A stretch of DNA of 64,000 nt. Source: a virus (taxonomy: Duplodnaviria; Caudoviricetes). A program made the position numbers and the translations under genes. A model generated the notes under the pieces. It did not search any database, had not been told where the DNA came from, and saw only the letters and a list, made by a program, of their open reading frames with translations. Below are positions 34,950 through 44,320 of the stretch, one piece after another. Each line of letters begins with the position of its first letter. Positions within the stretch are counted from its first letter, which is position 1. The DNA is taken from the IMG/VR virus record IMGVR_UViG_2718218017_000002, positions 18,406-82,405 of that record. One strand, 5' to 3'.

Positions 34950-36368
34950 ATGGCAGGGACATGGAGTGAAACAAATAAACAAACCATACCAGGTTTTTAT
35001 AACAGGTTCAAATGGATGGCTGAAAACAGGCTGACACAAGGCACTAAGGGAGTTGTGGCTATGCCTGTAAAGTCTGATTGGGGTCCTATGGGAAAAGTTA
35101 CTTCTGTAAGTGCAGAACCTGAATTAAAAAAGGCGTTTGGAAACAACAGTACTTTGAGTGCCTATAAACTTGGAAAATTAGTTCTTTTGGGGCAGCCTTC
35201 AGAACTTTTTTTATACAGGATGGGTGATGGAGAAGAGAAGGTTGCAAGTATTACGCTAAAAGATACTGCGGGAACTCCGACAGATGTTATAAAACTTGAG
35301 ACTTTATATTCTACAACTAGGAACTTTAATGTTTCAGTAAAGCCTGATATTGCAGATGAAACCTTAACAGATGTAACTTTATATGAAGGAACTGGACAGT
35401 TATATACATTCAAGGTATCTGGAACAATACAGGAAATGGTTGAATCAATAAATAACAATGAAGAGAATCTGTGGCTTAAAGCTACTAAAATTGCAGATGG
35501 CAACGATACTTTGGCAAGCATAGTAAACCAACCACTGGAAGGTGGAAGTAATGGAACTGAAAATATAACAAATGAAAACTATGTGGATGCTATGGCAGCT
35601 TTTGAACAATACAAGATAAATGTATTTACATTGGATGGTATAGCAGATACTGCTCTCCAGACAACTGTACAGGCATGGATAGACAGAAATAAAGCTGTAG
35701 GCTATGACGTTATAGGTTGCTTCGGTGGTTTGTCAAGTACATCTATTGATGCTGCGAATACACAATCAAAGGCATTTAATAATGAATGCGTAGTAAATGT
35801 AGGTAATGGAGGTATTTATGAGGGCATAACTTATACTCCTGGTGAAAGCGCATGTTATGTAGCAGGAATAATTGCAGCCGCAACTATGAAGGAAAGTATC
35901 TGCAATAAAGAAACTATCTTTTCAGATGTATCCCCAAAACTAACCAGGGAACAGATAGAACAATGCTTAAATGCAGGTACTTTGATATTTGCAGGAGATG
36001 GTATTGCTACAAATGCCATAGTGGTTGATGATGTGAACACATTAAAATCCTATGGAGAAGACCAGAGCGAGTCTCTTGGCTACATTAGGGCTGTAAGATT
36101 CATGCACACAGTAAATGCAGATACGACTATTACAAAGAGAGACTATATAGGAAAAATTCCTAATGGGGATTTGGGGCAGAAAGTTGTTTTATCGGCTCTA
36201 AAACAGTATTTTGAAACATTGCAAGGTGATGGTGTAATAGGAGACTTTACTGTGGAGGTTGACGCTGACCTGCAGGCCAATGCAAAAGATGATGAGTTCT
36301 ACTGGAAATGGGCTGCAGACTATATAAATGTAATGAAAAAGATATACGGAACTGGCTATATAAGTTAG
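34950..36368 (+). CDS. xkdK: Tail sheath protein (XkdK-like)
   Basis: PGFYNRF...KGVVAMPVKSDWGPMG; IRAVRFM; KIPNGDLGQ. Confidence 0.9.
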   Translation: MAGTWSETNKQTIPGFYNRFKWMAENRLTQGTKGVVAMPVKSDWGPMGKVTSVSAEPELKKAFGNNSTLSAYKLGKLVLLGQPSELFLYRMGDGEEKVASITLKDTAGTPTDVIKLETLYSTTRNFNVSVKPDIADETLTDVTLYEGTGQLYTFKVSGTIQEMVESINNNEENLWLKATKIADGNDTLASIVNQPLEGGSNGTENITNENYVDAMAAFEQYKINVFTLDGIADTALQTTVQAWIDRNKAVGYDVIGCFGGLSSTSIDAANTQSKAFNNECVVNVGNGGIYEGITYTPGESACYVAGIIAAATMKESICNKETIFSDVSPKLTREQIEQCLNAGTLIFAGDGIATNAIVVDDVNTLKSYGEDQSESLGYIRAVRFMHTVNADTTITKRDYIGKIPNGDLGQKVVLSALKQYFETLQGDGVIGDFTVEVDADLQANAKDDEFYWKWAADYINVMKKIYGTGYIS

Positions 36369-36386
36369 GAATAGGAGGGATAAAAT

Positions 36387-36803
36387 ATGGATGATGTATT
36401 AGAACCAGGAAGACCGATACATGGGCGTTTTGGAGAAGTGTTAGTTGATGGTACCAAGCAAACCTATCTACAGGAATGTACAGCAGATGTGGAAATAGAT
36501 GTTAAAGAACTTAATCTTTTGGGATCAGATTGGACTCAATATAAGGCAGGTACAAAAAAGGGCTCAGGCAATATGAAAGGATTTAAAGTAACCTCTGCCA
36601 TGATAAAAAGAGGGTTTAAAAGGTTTGAAATAATAACTAAACTTGATGACCCGGAAGCCTATGGGTATGAATCCATAAGGTTAAAGAATTGCATGGCTAC
36701 AAAGCTGCAGTTAGTAAATTTAAAAGCAGGGGACCTTGTAGAAGAGGAAACACCTTTCAATTTCATTGGTTTTGATCTTCTGGATGCAATAGAAGCTGAG
36801 TAG
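36387..36803 (+). CDS. xkdM: Tail tube protein (XkdM-like)
   Basis: IHGRFGEV, TKLDDPEAYGYESIRL, EEETPFNF. Confidence 0.9.
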   Translation: MDDVLEPGRPIHGRFGEVLVDGTKQTYLQECTADVEIDVKELNLLGSDWTQYKAGTKKGSGNMKGFKVTSAMIKRGFKRFEIITKLDDPEAYGYESIRLKNCMATKLQLVNLKAGDLVEEETPFNFIGFDLLDAIEAE

Positions 36804-36863
36804 ATAAAAAATAAGCAAGTTCAGGTATATATTAATATCCCTTGACACGCATAAACAACACGC

Positions 36864-36956
36864 TGGTGGCTAAATAAAATAGCTGAAGAAAATAAAATTA
36901 ACTTTTCATAGGTATTACAATCAGCCATTAAAGAAAGGCTTAATATTAGAAATTAA
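36864..36956 (+). pseudogene. Relic of a HicB antitoxin C-terminal RHH domain
   Basis: WWLNKIAEENKINFS*VLQSAIKERLNIRN with internal TAG at 36909; TTGACA and ACACG boxes just upstream. Confidence 0.65.
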
Positions 36957-37037
36957 TAGTTAATAATTTTAAAAGAATCGCTTAAATGTGGTTCTTTTCT
37001 TATGTTTTAAAATAATTATTTAGGAGGAATTTAAGAA

Positions 37038-37493
37038 ATGGATATAGAAAAAATGCAAAACATGAGTGAAGATGATGTTATAGATGCTCTTTTAGGTGAA
37101 ATAGAGGTACCTACAAGGACAGTTGTTATACAGAGGCTTGGAATACCAATAAAATTAAAGGCTCTAACAGGCAAGCAGATAAGTAAAATAAGAAAGGACA
37201 ATACACATTCAGAAAAGGTAAAAGGCTCTAAGCTTGAAAAAGATGTATTTGATGATGAAAATTTCAATGCGGAGACAATTGAAAAGGCTACAGTGTCACC
37301 TAATTGGAATAATGAGAAACTAAAAGCTGCATTAAAAGTCAGCAATGGAAAAGAAGTTATAAAAAGGCGATTACTTGCAGGAGAAATGGATGATTTAATA
37401 AACAAGATCTTTGATTTAAGTGGATATAATGATGAAGCTGAGGATATAGAAGAGATAAAAAACTCATTAGAACCAGATACAGACTCTATTTAA
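37038..37493 (+). CDS. xkdN: Tail assembly chaperone G (XkdN-like)
   Basis: PIKLKALTG, LLAGEMDDL...DLSGY; ends EIKNS. Confidence 0.85.
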   Translation: MDIEKMQNMSEDDVIDALLGEIEVPTRTVVIQRLGIPIKLKALTGKQISKIRKDNTHSEKVKGSKLEKDVFDDENFNAETIEKATVSPNWNNEKLKAALKVSNGKEVIKRRLLAGEMDDLINKIFDLSGYNDEAEDIEEIKNSLEPDTDSI

Positions 37494-37624
37494 TGAATTT
37501 CTTATGGGTAAGACATAACTTGAAATTTAGAGAATTTCGTAATATGTCTGAATACGAGCAAAAACTGTATCTGGCCAGTGCTGAACTTGAAATAGAAGCA
37601 GAAAATAAGCTTACAAAGAAGTAG
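37457..37624 (+). CDS. Chaperone T segment reached by -1 frameshift at A-AAA-AAC (37457-37463)
   Basis: -1 frame is open from the slippery heptamer to TAG 37622-37624: ...LYLMNFLWVRHNLKFREFRNMSEYEQKLYLASAELEIEAENKLTKK. Confidence 0.75.
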   Translation, partial: KKLIRTRYRLYLMNFLWVRHNLKFREFRNMSEYEQKLYLASAELEIEAENKLTKK

Positions 37625-37721
37625 TATAATTAAGGTTCTTTTAGGTGGAATATTGATACATGTATATCAAAAATACATTTTAATAGAAATTCCCCCATAA
37701 ATCTTGTATTATGGAATAGGT

Positions 37722-37750
37722 TGGACAAAATATATACAATTTGTTACAAT
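37722..37750 (+). promoter_or_regulatory. Moron promoter TGGACA-17-TACAAT (extended -10)
   Basis: Upstream of the TPR lipoprotein gene. Confidence 0.6.
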
Positions 37751-37783
37751 ATTGTTGATAAAGTATGAATTAAGGGGGAGATT

Positions 37784-38623
37784 ATGTTGAAAAAATTACT
37801 TTCTAAATTAGCAATAATGTCAATAGTAATTTTATCAGTTGGATTTGTGGGGTGTGCACCTAAAGGAGATCCTGCTCAAGTTTTGAATAGTTATTATGAC
37901 AATATTAAAAATGGAGATGCAGAAGCAGCTTATGATACCTTGGCAGAGGCAAGTAAAAAGAATTTTCAAAAAGAAGATTTTATTAAATGGATTAAAACCC
38001 AAAGTGAAACTTATACTTTTAAAGGTGCAAAAGTAGATAAAGGTAATGAGTACAAAAATAAAAAATTAGATAACGTTACTTATGAAAATGCTGTTGAATT
38101 TAATGTAGCTGATAGTAGCCATGATAATTATAATAATAAGGATACGTCAGTAAATTATAAAAGATATGTTGTTAATGACAATGGTGAATGGAAAGTATAT
38201 CGGGAAAAAGAAAACGGAAAAGATGTGTTAACAGATTCTATGAACGATTTAGCTTGGATGTATATTGAAGGGAAAGGAAAAGATAAAGACTTGAATCAAG
38301 GAGCAACAATCCTAAATGAAGCGATTAAAATATCTCCTAGTTATAATGAAAGTTATTATGCTTTATCATATGTTTATTCACATTTAGAAAGATATGATGA
38401 ATCAATTAGTGCTGCAAATAAATATATAGAAAATACTAAAACTAATGAAGAAAAATCAAATGCATATAATATATTGGGGTTAGGCTATGAAGGTAAAAAA
38501 GATTATGAAAATGCCAAGAAGTATTTTAATCAAGCTATACAATTAGATTCTAACAATCAATATGCTAAGACTAATTTACAGCAATTAGAACAGTTGGAAC
38601 AGCTAAGTAGTGTATTTGATTAA
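37784..38623 (+). CDS. Lipoprotein moron with NTF2-like N-domain and C-terminal TPR repeats
   Basis: Lipobox FVGC; AYYALSYVYSHLERYDESI and AYNILGLGYEGKKDYENAKKYFNQAIQLD TPRs. Confidence 0.8.
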   Translation: MLKKLLSKLAIMSIVILSVGFVGCAPKGDPAQVLNSYYDNIKNGDAEAAYDTLAEASKKNFQKEDFIKWIKTQSETYTFKGAKVDKGNEYKNKKLDNVTYENAVEFNVADSSHDNYNNKDTSVNYKRYVVNDNGEWKVYREKENGKDVLTDSMNDLAWMYIEGKGKDKDLNQGATILNEAIKISPSYNESYYALSYVYSHLERYDESISAANKYIENTKTNEEKSNAYNILGLGYEGKKDYENAKKYFNQAIQLDSNNQYAKTNLQQLEQLEQLSSVFD

Positions 38624-38829
38624 GAATATACAGTAATAGTAAGAAAAAGAATCACTCATGTGGTTCTTTTTTATATTGTTCAAAAATGATAAAAAACACC
38701 TTTTGGGGCGTTTTTTATTTTAGAGGTTATGGCATGTCGCGAGATATCCCCTCTAACCTTCCAGGAGAGAAGCATGACCGGGTATGTTCCGGTCGCTCCT
38801 GATTAAATAAATCTTGGGAGGAAAATTAA

Positions 38830-39543
38830 ATGAAAGAATTAATAGATTTAGGGTTATTTACAAAGAGAGAAAAAGTATTAGTAAGCAGTAGAATTATTGC
38901 CGAAAATTTTGATAAAAGGCACGATCAGGTATTGAGAGATATTGAAAATATTATTAAGGGTCTCCACAAAATTGAGGAAACCCCTATAAGGAATTATTTT
39001 ATAAAAAGTAGTTATTTGCATAAGCAAAATAATCAGAAATACCCAGAATATATTATGACACGTGATGGATTTAGCTTGCTTGTTATGGGATTTACAGGAC
39101 AAAAAGCCTTACAGTGGAAATTAAAATATATAGAAGCTTTTAATAAAATGGAAGCCTTTATTAAAGAAAAGTTATCCAGTGAATGGCTCCAAACAAGAAA
39201 GAATGGAAAGCTTGTAAGAAGAAATGAGACAGATTCTTTAGATGAATTATTAAAATATGCAATTAATCAAGGTAGCAAAACATATGAAAAGAATCCAGAT
39301 TTAATATTTACTAATTATTCAAGGTTGGTAAATACCCAAGTAGGTATTAAAAAAGGACAAAGAGAATATGCAACCAGAAAGGTATTAGACACTATAGCGT
39401 TTATAGAAGATATGATATTGAATACAGTAAGAGAAGAAATGGAAAATGGTACAGAATACCATGATATTTATGCTATATGCAAAGAAAGAGCAGAGCAAAT
39501 AGTTAAATATGCTTACTTACCAATGCAGAGATTGATAGCTTAA
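38830..39543 (+). CDS. Rha-family phage regulatory protein
   Basis: VSSRIIAENFDKRHDQVLRDIE...MTRDGFSLLVMGFTGQKALQWKLKYIEAFNKME. Confidence 0.92.
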   Translation: MKELIDLGLFTKREKVLVSSRIIAENFDKRHDQVLRDIENIIKGLHKIEETPIRNYFIKSSYLHKQNNQKYPEYIMTRDGFSLLVMGFTGQKALQWKLKYIEAFNKMEAFIKEKLSSEWLQTRKNGKLVRRNETDSLDELLKYAINQGSKTYEKNPDLIFTNYSRLVNTQVGIKKGQREYATRKVLDTIAFIEDMILNTVREEMENGTEYHDIYAICKERAEQIVKYAYLPMQRLIA

Positions 39544-39572
39544 AGGGATATGCAAAATACATATCCCTTTAA
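39540..39572. terminator. Bidirectional terminator
   Basis: TTAAAGGGATATG / CATATCCCTTTAA 13-bp stem between convergent genes. Confidence 0.8.
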
Positions 39573-39583
39573 ACAGTAGAAAG

Positions 39584-40237
39584 TTAGATGCTGATTGTTT
39601 TTTGTAAGCTTTTAAAAATATTATTTTCTAAGTCATCTTTTTTAATAACACCCTTTGTCAAGAAAGGCAAGCCTGAATGGCTATAAACTTTTTTACTTGA
39701 AGTATCTATAACCCATGAAATGCTCCATATTTTCTTCCAAAGGTGAAATATTTTAAATCGCCTTTGAAAGTTATTTATAAAATCTTTTGCCATATTCGAA
39801 TCATGAAACACCCAAAAAATAATACCCGTTACACCTAATTTCGATAAACCTATTGTTGCAGCATGTTGTCTAAAGTTCAAAATTGCTTTGTCAAATTCCT
39901 CAAAAATACTTTTAAATTTATAATTCTCAATTGAATTTGAGTCTATAATTGTTGCTATTACAGGTTGAGATAGGATAAATTTGTAAAGGACAATATCTGC
40001 AAAAGAATAAATTTTGTAGATATCATTTTTAAAAGCCTCTTTTTTAAAAATAGGGTGTATTCTCATACTTATAGGTGAATGGGAAAAATGGCTTACAATT
40101 GGAGTGCTTATTTTAAGAGCTAATGCAAGTAAACTGTTGTCTTCTATTTGCTCTTTTGAAAAATTCTCTACGTCAAAATAAAAACCTTGTCGTAAAAATT
40201 CGGTTATTAATTTTGAATAGAAATCATCATGTTTCAT
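39584..40237 (-). CDS. Hypothetical moron protein (antisense to late operon)
   Basis: GGAGGT RBS before ATG 40237; own extended -10 TTGTAGAAT. Confidence 0.7.
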   Translation of the reverse strand: MKHDDFYSKLITEFLRQGFYFDVENFSKEQIEDNSLLALALKISTPIVSHFSHSPISMRIHPIFKKEAFKNDIYKIYSFADIVLYKFILSQPVIATIIDSNSIENYKFKSIFEEFDKAILNFRQHAATIGLSKLGVTGIIFWVFHDSNMAKDFINNFQRRFKIFHLWKKIWSISWVIDTSSKKVYSHSGLPFLTKGVIKKDDLENNIFKSLQKTISI

Positions 40238-40530
40238 AAATATAAAAAACCTCCAGTTCATTGAATATTTAAGTATGGTTATATGTGATGTTACCGTATA
40301 GCTTAAATAAAGTTATTTTTCATATAATTCCAATAAGTATAAAATTCTACAAAATTTAAAAATTTCCTGCTACTTTCTACAGAATTCAAAAATAACTGAA
40401 AGACAAATAAACCGCAGAATAGTATAAAAGTTACTCTGAGGTTAATAAGGGTATTCTAATTTAATTATAGAGTAAAACGTGGTTCTTTTTTAATAGAAAA
40501 ACACACCCGTTTTAAAGGCGGGTGTGGGTA

Positions 40531-41130
40531 TTAATCTTCTTTGATTTCATCAAGAACAAATTTAATATAACGCTGAATCCTTGAAATAAAGGTAGAATAC
40601 TGTCCATTATCTAATTTTAGTAGAACGGATAAATCTATTTCACTGTAATCATTAAATATTCCATAATCAATGAGCGAAGAAATAAGAGACTTTCTTAATT
40701 CAATTAAATCATCTAGCAAGCTAGTATAATTAATAGTAATTTCAGCATTAGGGATATGTTCATTCTCAATATTTTTTAATAAATTGCAGTCAATATTTAA
40801 TAAGCTAGAAATCTTTTTTAAGCTTATACCGTTTTTGATTCTGGCTTGTTTCAGTTCTGAAATTGCGTCTTCAAGAGTATTTTTATCCATGTAGAGTGTA
40901 CTATAATTTTTTTCATCATTATATCTATGTAATTTATTATTTGATATTAATTCAGTTATAGTTGTTTCAAGGGCTTTAGCTATTTTATTTAAAATTTCTA
41001 GGTTAGGCTGTCTTTCGTCTCTTTCATATTGAGATATAGCTTGCTCTGATAAGCCAACTTTATTGCCAAGGTCTTTTTGGGTTAAATTTTTATGTTTTCT
41101 TAATTCACGTATTTTTGAACCTATTTGCAA
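40531..41130 (-). CDS. XRE HTH repressor (switch 3), possibly with a second HTH
   Basis: GGAGGTG RBS, TTG 41130; IGSKIRELRKHKNLTQKDLGNKVGLSEQAISQYERDERQP. Confidence 0.85.
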   Translation of the reverse strand: MQIGSKIRELRKHKNLTQKDLGNKVGLSEQAISQYERDERQPNLEILNKIAKALETTITELISNNKLHRYNDEKNYSTLYMDKNTLEDAISELKQARIKNGISLKKISSLLNIDCNLLKNIENEHIPNAEITINYTSLLDDLIELRKSLISSLIDYGIFNDYSEIDLSVLLKLDNGQYSTFISRIQRYIKFVLDEIKED

Positions 41131-41152
41131 AATAACACCTCCATTTACATTA

Positions 41153-41251
41153 TAAACACATTGAGTAAAAAAACAAACAAATTGAATAAAATAGTTGACA
41201 TTACTCAATATGAGTAGTAATATTTAAATATAAACTAAACAATATGAGTAT
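41153..41251. promoter_or_regulatory. Switch 3 operators and rightward promoter TTGACA-17-TAATAT
   Basis: TTACTCAATATGAGTA in the spacer (41201), related TAAACACATTGAGTAA (41153) and TAAACAATATGAGTAT (41236). Confidence 0.7.
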
Positions 41252-41277
41252 TAAATAAACGAAAAGGGAGGGTTTAA

Positions 41278-41487
41278 ATGTTAAAAATTAATTGTAATAA
41301 ATTTTTATTGGCTCTTGCAAAGTCAGGAATGACAACCACAGAACTTAAAATTAAATCAGGGGTAGGTAGAAATACAATATCAAAAGTTATGAATAATGAA
41401 GCAAATGTTAGACCCACAATAGCAGGAAGACTGGCAAAAGCTTTAGATGTTGATGTAGAAGAAATTGTTTATATTAAGGAAAACTAA
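41278..41487 (+). CDS. Cro-like HTH protein (switch 3)
   Basis: MTTTELKIKSGVGRNTISKVMN...IAGRLAKALDVDVEEI. Confidence 0.85.
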   Translation: MLKINCNKFLLALAKSGMTTTELKIKSGVGRNTISKVMNNEANVRPTIAGRLAKALDVDVEEIVYIKEN

Positions 41488-41599
41488 AACCAGCTTGTTA
41501 CCGCAAATAACAAGCTGGTTGCCGAATAAGCTTTATAATACAATCGCTATATGTATTATAACTTATTCTGGCGATAAAATCAAAGGAGGATTATAATAT

Positions 41600-42412
41600 A
41601 TGAATAATTTAGTAAGATTTTTTCAGAATGACATATTTAATCTGGCCGTAAAGTTGGAAAATGGAGAATGGGTATTTGATGCCGAAAGAGTTGCTAGGTG
41701 CTTAGGAATTATAGGAGTTTCCACCAAAAGTGGTGGAAAAGAATATTCATGGATTAGATGGGAAAGAGTTAATGAATATTTAGGAGGTTTTCAACCACAA
41801 TTGGGCGAAATTAAAAAAGGAGATTTTATTCCAGAACCGGCAGTATATAAACTAGCATTTAAGGCAAGTAATGAAATAGCAGAAAAGTTCCAAGATTGGC
41901 TTGCAATTGATGTATTACCACAGTTAAGAGAAACAGGTAAATATGAAGATAACAATGTAATAAACCTTGATGAAAAGTTAGAAAAACTAAAAATGGAGCA
42001 GTTACAGCTGGAATTTACTATGAACAGGCTGAAAGTAAGTAAGGCTAGTGAAGTTAAGATGATAAAAGATTTTAATATCTCACAAGGCTTAAGTGTTGCA
42101 TATCTCCCTGAATATGTGGATGAAGAGATCGGAAGGTCTGCTACAGAATTATTGAAAAAGTTTAATTTGCCCCATACAATAAGAAAATTTAATAAAATTA
42201 TGATAGAAAATAGGTTTATGGAAGAAAGAACCACAAAATCAACTAACAAACAGGGGTACAAAGGATATAAGGTATTAATTGGACAAGGATTGAAATATGG
42301 TAAAAATGTTATTTCTTCCAGAGGAACAGAAAAGGAAACCCAACCTCTGTATTTTGAAAGTTCATTCTTAGAACTTGTGGAGCTATTAAGTTCTTTACAG
42401 GGGGTAATGTGA
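41600..42412 (+). CDS. BRO-N antirepressor with C-terminal ANT/KilA-C-like domain
   Basis: FIPEPAVYKLAFKASNEIAEKFQDWLAIDVLPQLRETGKY. Confidence 0.88.
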   Translation: MNNLVRFFQNDIFNLAVKLENGEWVFDAERVARCLGIIGVSTKSGGKEYSWIRWERVNEYLGGFQPQLGEIKKGDFIPEPAVYKLAFKASNEIAEKFQDWLAIDVLPQLRETGKYEDNNVINLDEKLEKLKMEQLQLEFTMNRLKVSKASEVKMIKDFNISQGLSVAYLPEYVDEEIGRSATELLKKFNLPHTIRKFNKIMIENRFMEERTTKSTNKQGYKGYKVLIGQGLKYGKNVISSRGTEKETQPLYFESSFLELVELLSSLQGVM

Positions 42413-42413
42413 T

Positions 42414-43451
42414 ATGAGTGCTAATTTAATGTTGTTTGAAGAACAACAAGTAGAAGTTTTTGAACTTAATGGCATGGCTTATTTTAATCCATATCATGTG
42501 GGGAAATGTTTGGAAATGGCAGATAGCACGGTTAGAAATTATTTATCTAAAATGAATAATAATCAAGTTAGATTGTTAAAGAATTCGGATGTCCACTTAA
42601 AGGACATCCGAAAGTTAAATAATGCAGGTGAAAAGTTTCTCACTGAAAGTGGAGTATATAAATTGGCATTTAAAAGTCATAAACCTAATGCAGAAAAGTT
42701 TTCAGATTGGGTAGCTGATGAGGTTTTACCATCCATAAGAAAAACAGGCTTCTACTCAACAGAGAAAGCAGAGCAACCCAAAATTGAAGCTCCACGCAAC
42801 CTAGTTAAAAAGTTTTACAATGGCAATCTTGTTATGGTACTTAAAGATTTGGAGAGAATTCTAAATGTTCCGGCTGGCAATTTGAGTTATTACCTTAGAA
42901 ATAATAGTAGTTTTAAAAGAGGGATAGATTACTTTTTATTGGAAGGTAAAGAACTTAAAAGATTTAAAGAGTATAATAATGTTTCTCCGTTTATAGGTAA
43001 TTTAATCATTATGCCTAAGCAGGGTGTTGATAAGTTAGTAAAATTATTGGTTCTCAGGGAGGAAGATATACAAGAAATTGAGAACTATTTCAAGACAGAA
43101 ACTCAAGAAACACATAATAATATGCCAATCCTGGAACAACTGCAGGTTTGTAAATTTATTGCTGATGATTTTAAAATAAATGAAGCTATAAAGATGTCCA
43201 TATATAAAATGATTTGTGAAAAGAATGGAATTGGTTCAGAAATTATAGATATGATAAAGTCTGATGAAGATGATGTTGAAGAATTTGCAAAGAAATTATT
43301 AGAGCTTTTAAGACATTATTTAAAAACTTACACAGTAGATGAAGTGGTATCCATAAAGAAAAAGTGTATTTCAAGAAATGACTTTAAATTTCTACCCACA
43401 GAAGGGAAAGAAATTATTGTAGGCTTTTTAATATTACACTTAAAATTTTAA
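42414..43451 (+). CDS. BRO-N antirepressor with ORF6N-like domain
   Basis: FLTESGVYKLAFKSHKPNAEKFSDWVADEVLPSIRKTGFY; FKRGIDYFLLEGKELKRFK. Confidence 0.88.
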   Translation: MSANLMLFEEQQVEVFELNGMAYFNPYHVGKCLEMADSTVRNYLSKMNNNQVRLLKNSDVHLKDIRKLNNAGEKFLTESGVYKLAFKSHKPNAEKFSDWVADEVLPSIRKTGFYSTEKAEQPKIEAPRNLVKKFYNGNLVMVLKDLERILNVPAGNLSYYLRNNSSFKRGIDYFLLEGKELKRFKEYNNVSPFIGNLIIMPKQGVDKLVKLLVLREEDIQEIENYFKTETQETHNNMPILEQLQVCKFIADDFKINEAIKMSIYKMICEKNGIGSEIIDMIKSDEDDVEEFAKKLLELLRHYLKTYTVDEVVSIKKKCISRNDFKFLPTEGKEIIVGFLILHLKF

Positions 43452-43498
43452 GACAAAGTACAAAAATAGCTTAGAACATAAATAAGCACTTGCTGCAA

Positions 43499-43551
43499 TG
43501 AACCGACCCCCAGAAGTTAGACATAAACGCTAGCTGATGGGAGGCCGGTTT
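43499..43551. mobile_element. Degenerate head-to-head IS3-family-like terminal repeat relic
   Basis: TGAACCGACCCCCAGAAGTTAGACA followed by an imperfect complement, nested in AAGCACTTGC/GCAAGTGCTT. Confidence 0.45.
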
Positions 43552-43600
43552 TTATATGGCAAGTGCTTTTGTTATGGGTGAAAGAAGGGGGGAGGAAGAG

Positions 43601-43672
43601 GTGGAGCAACAGATTAAAGAATTGGAGAAGTAGCTACGCTTGAGAAAAGTTCAAGGACAATTAGATATATTA
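43601..43672 (+). pseudogene. Decayed copy of the EQRIEELEQRVAALEGQVQ small-gene family
   Basis: GGAGG RBS, GTG GAG CAA CAG ATT AAA GAA TTG GAG AAG TAG...; aligns by eye to 50324 with small deletions. Confidence 0.55.
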
Positions 43673-43720
43673 ATTTATAATGATAAGCGTAATTATAAAA
43701 GCCATATAATATATGGCTTG

Positions 43721-44320
43721 TTACATTCTATAGAGCTTTTCTTTATTCTCGTGTTGACAATTTGTAATATTTTCTTTGTTTAATTCAAATATTTTGGTTT
43801 TAAATTTTAAATTTTTATCTGGGGTAAATAAAGTCAAAACAATTTCTATGGGTTTGCAATTATTATCAACATAAACTTTAAATAATTCGTCAGCAAAAGG
43901 AAATATTAGTGAACAATTAATAATTTGCATTGGCTCAATTATTACTGGGAAATCAAGTTGTTTGTCAATTAGATAGCTCGTACCACTTGATTCGCTATGC
44001 TTGATTGAAATTTCATTTATCTTATATCTAGGATTTGGTCTAAGAATTATAGTGTTATATTTTATGATGGCGTTTTTTAAAGATGCTGGAACAAGGGAGA
44101 TATTGCTTATTCTTAAATTTATAATTAAAATTTTATGACATTTAAAGCTTTCTTTGTTGTTATTGAAAAAACCATTTAAATAGAGGCTATAGTCTTCAAG
44201 TTTTATTCGTGGTTTTTCAGATAATATTTTATAAAAATTCAAGACTAAACTACATACCCCAGTTATACAACCAATTAATGCAATTATTTGAGTAAATAAA
44301 TTGTTATTTATAATTAACAC
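43721..44320 (-). CDS. Hypothetical moron protein with N-terminal TM helix
   Basis: IIALIGCITGVCSLVL; GAGGTG RBS; own -10 TAGAAT. Confidence 0.75.
   Translation of the reverse strand: MLIINNNLFTQIIALIGCITGVCSLVLNFYKILSEKPRIKLEDYSLYLNGFFNNNKESFKCHKILIINLRISNISLVPASLKNAIIKYNTIILRPNPRYKINEISIKHSESSGTSYLIDKQLDFPVIIEPMQIINCSLIFPFADELFKVYVDNNCKPIEIVLTLFTPDKNLKFKTKIFELNKENITNCQHENKEKLYRM

Noticed and set aside
29328-36911. Stop-codon reassignment explaining in-frame stops
   Set aside because: The two stops differ (TAA and TAG) and all structural genes use standard stops; ordinary pseudogenisation is simpler
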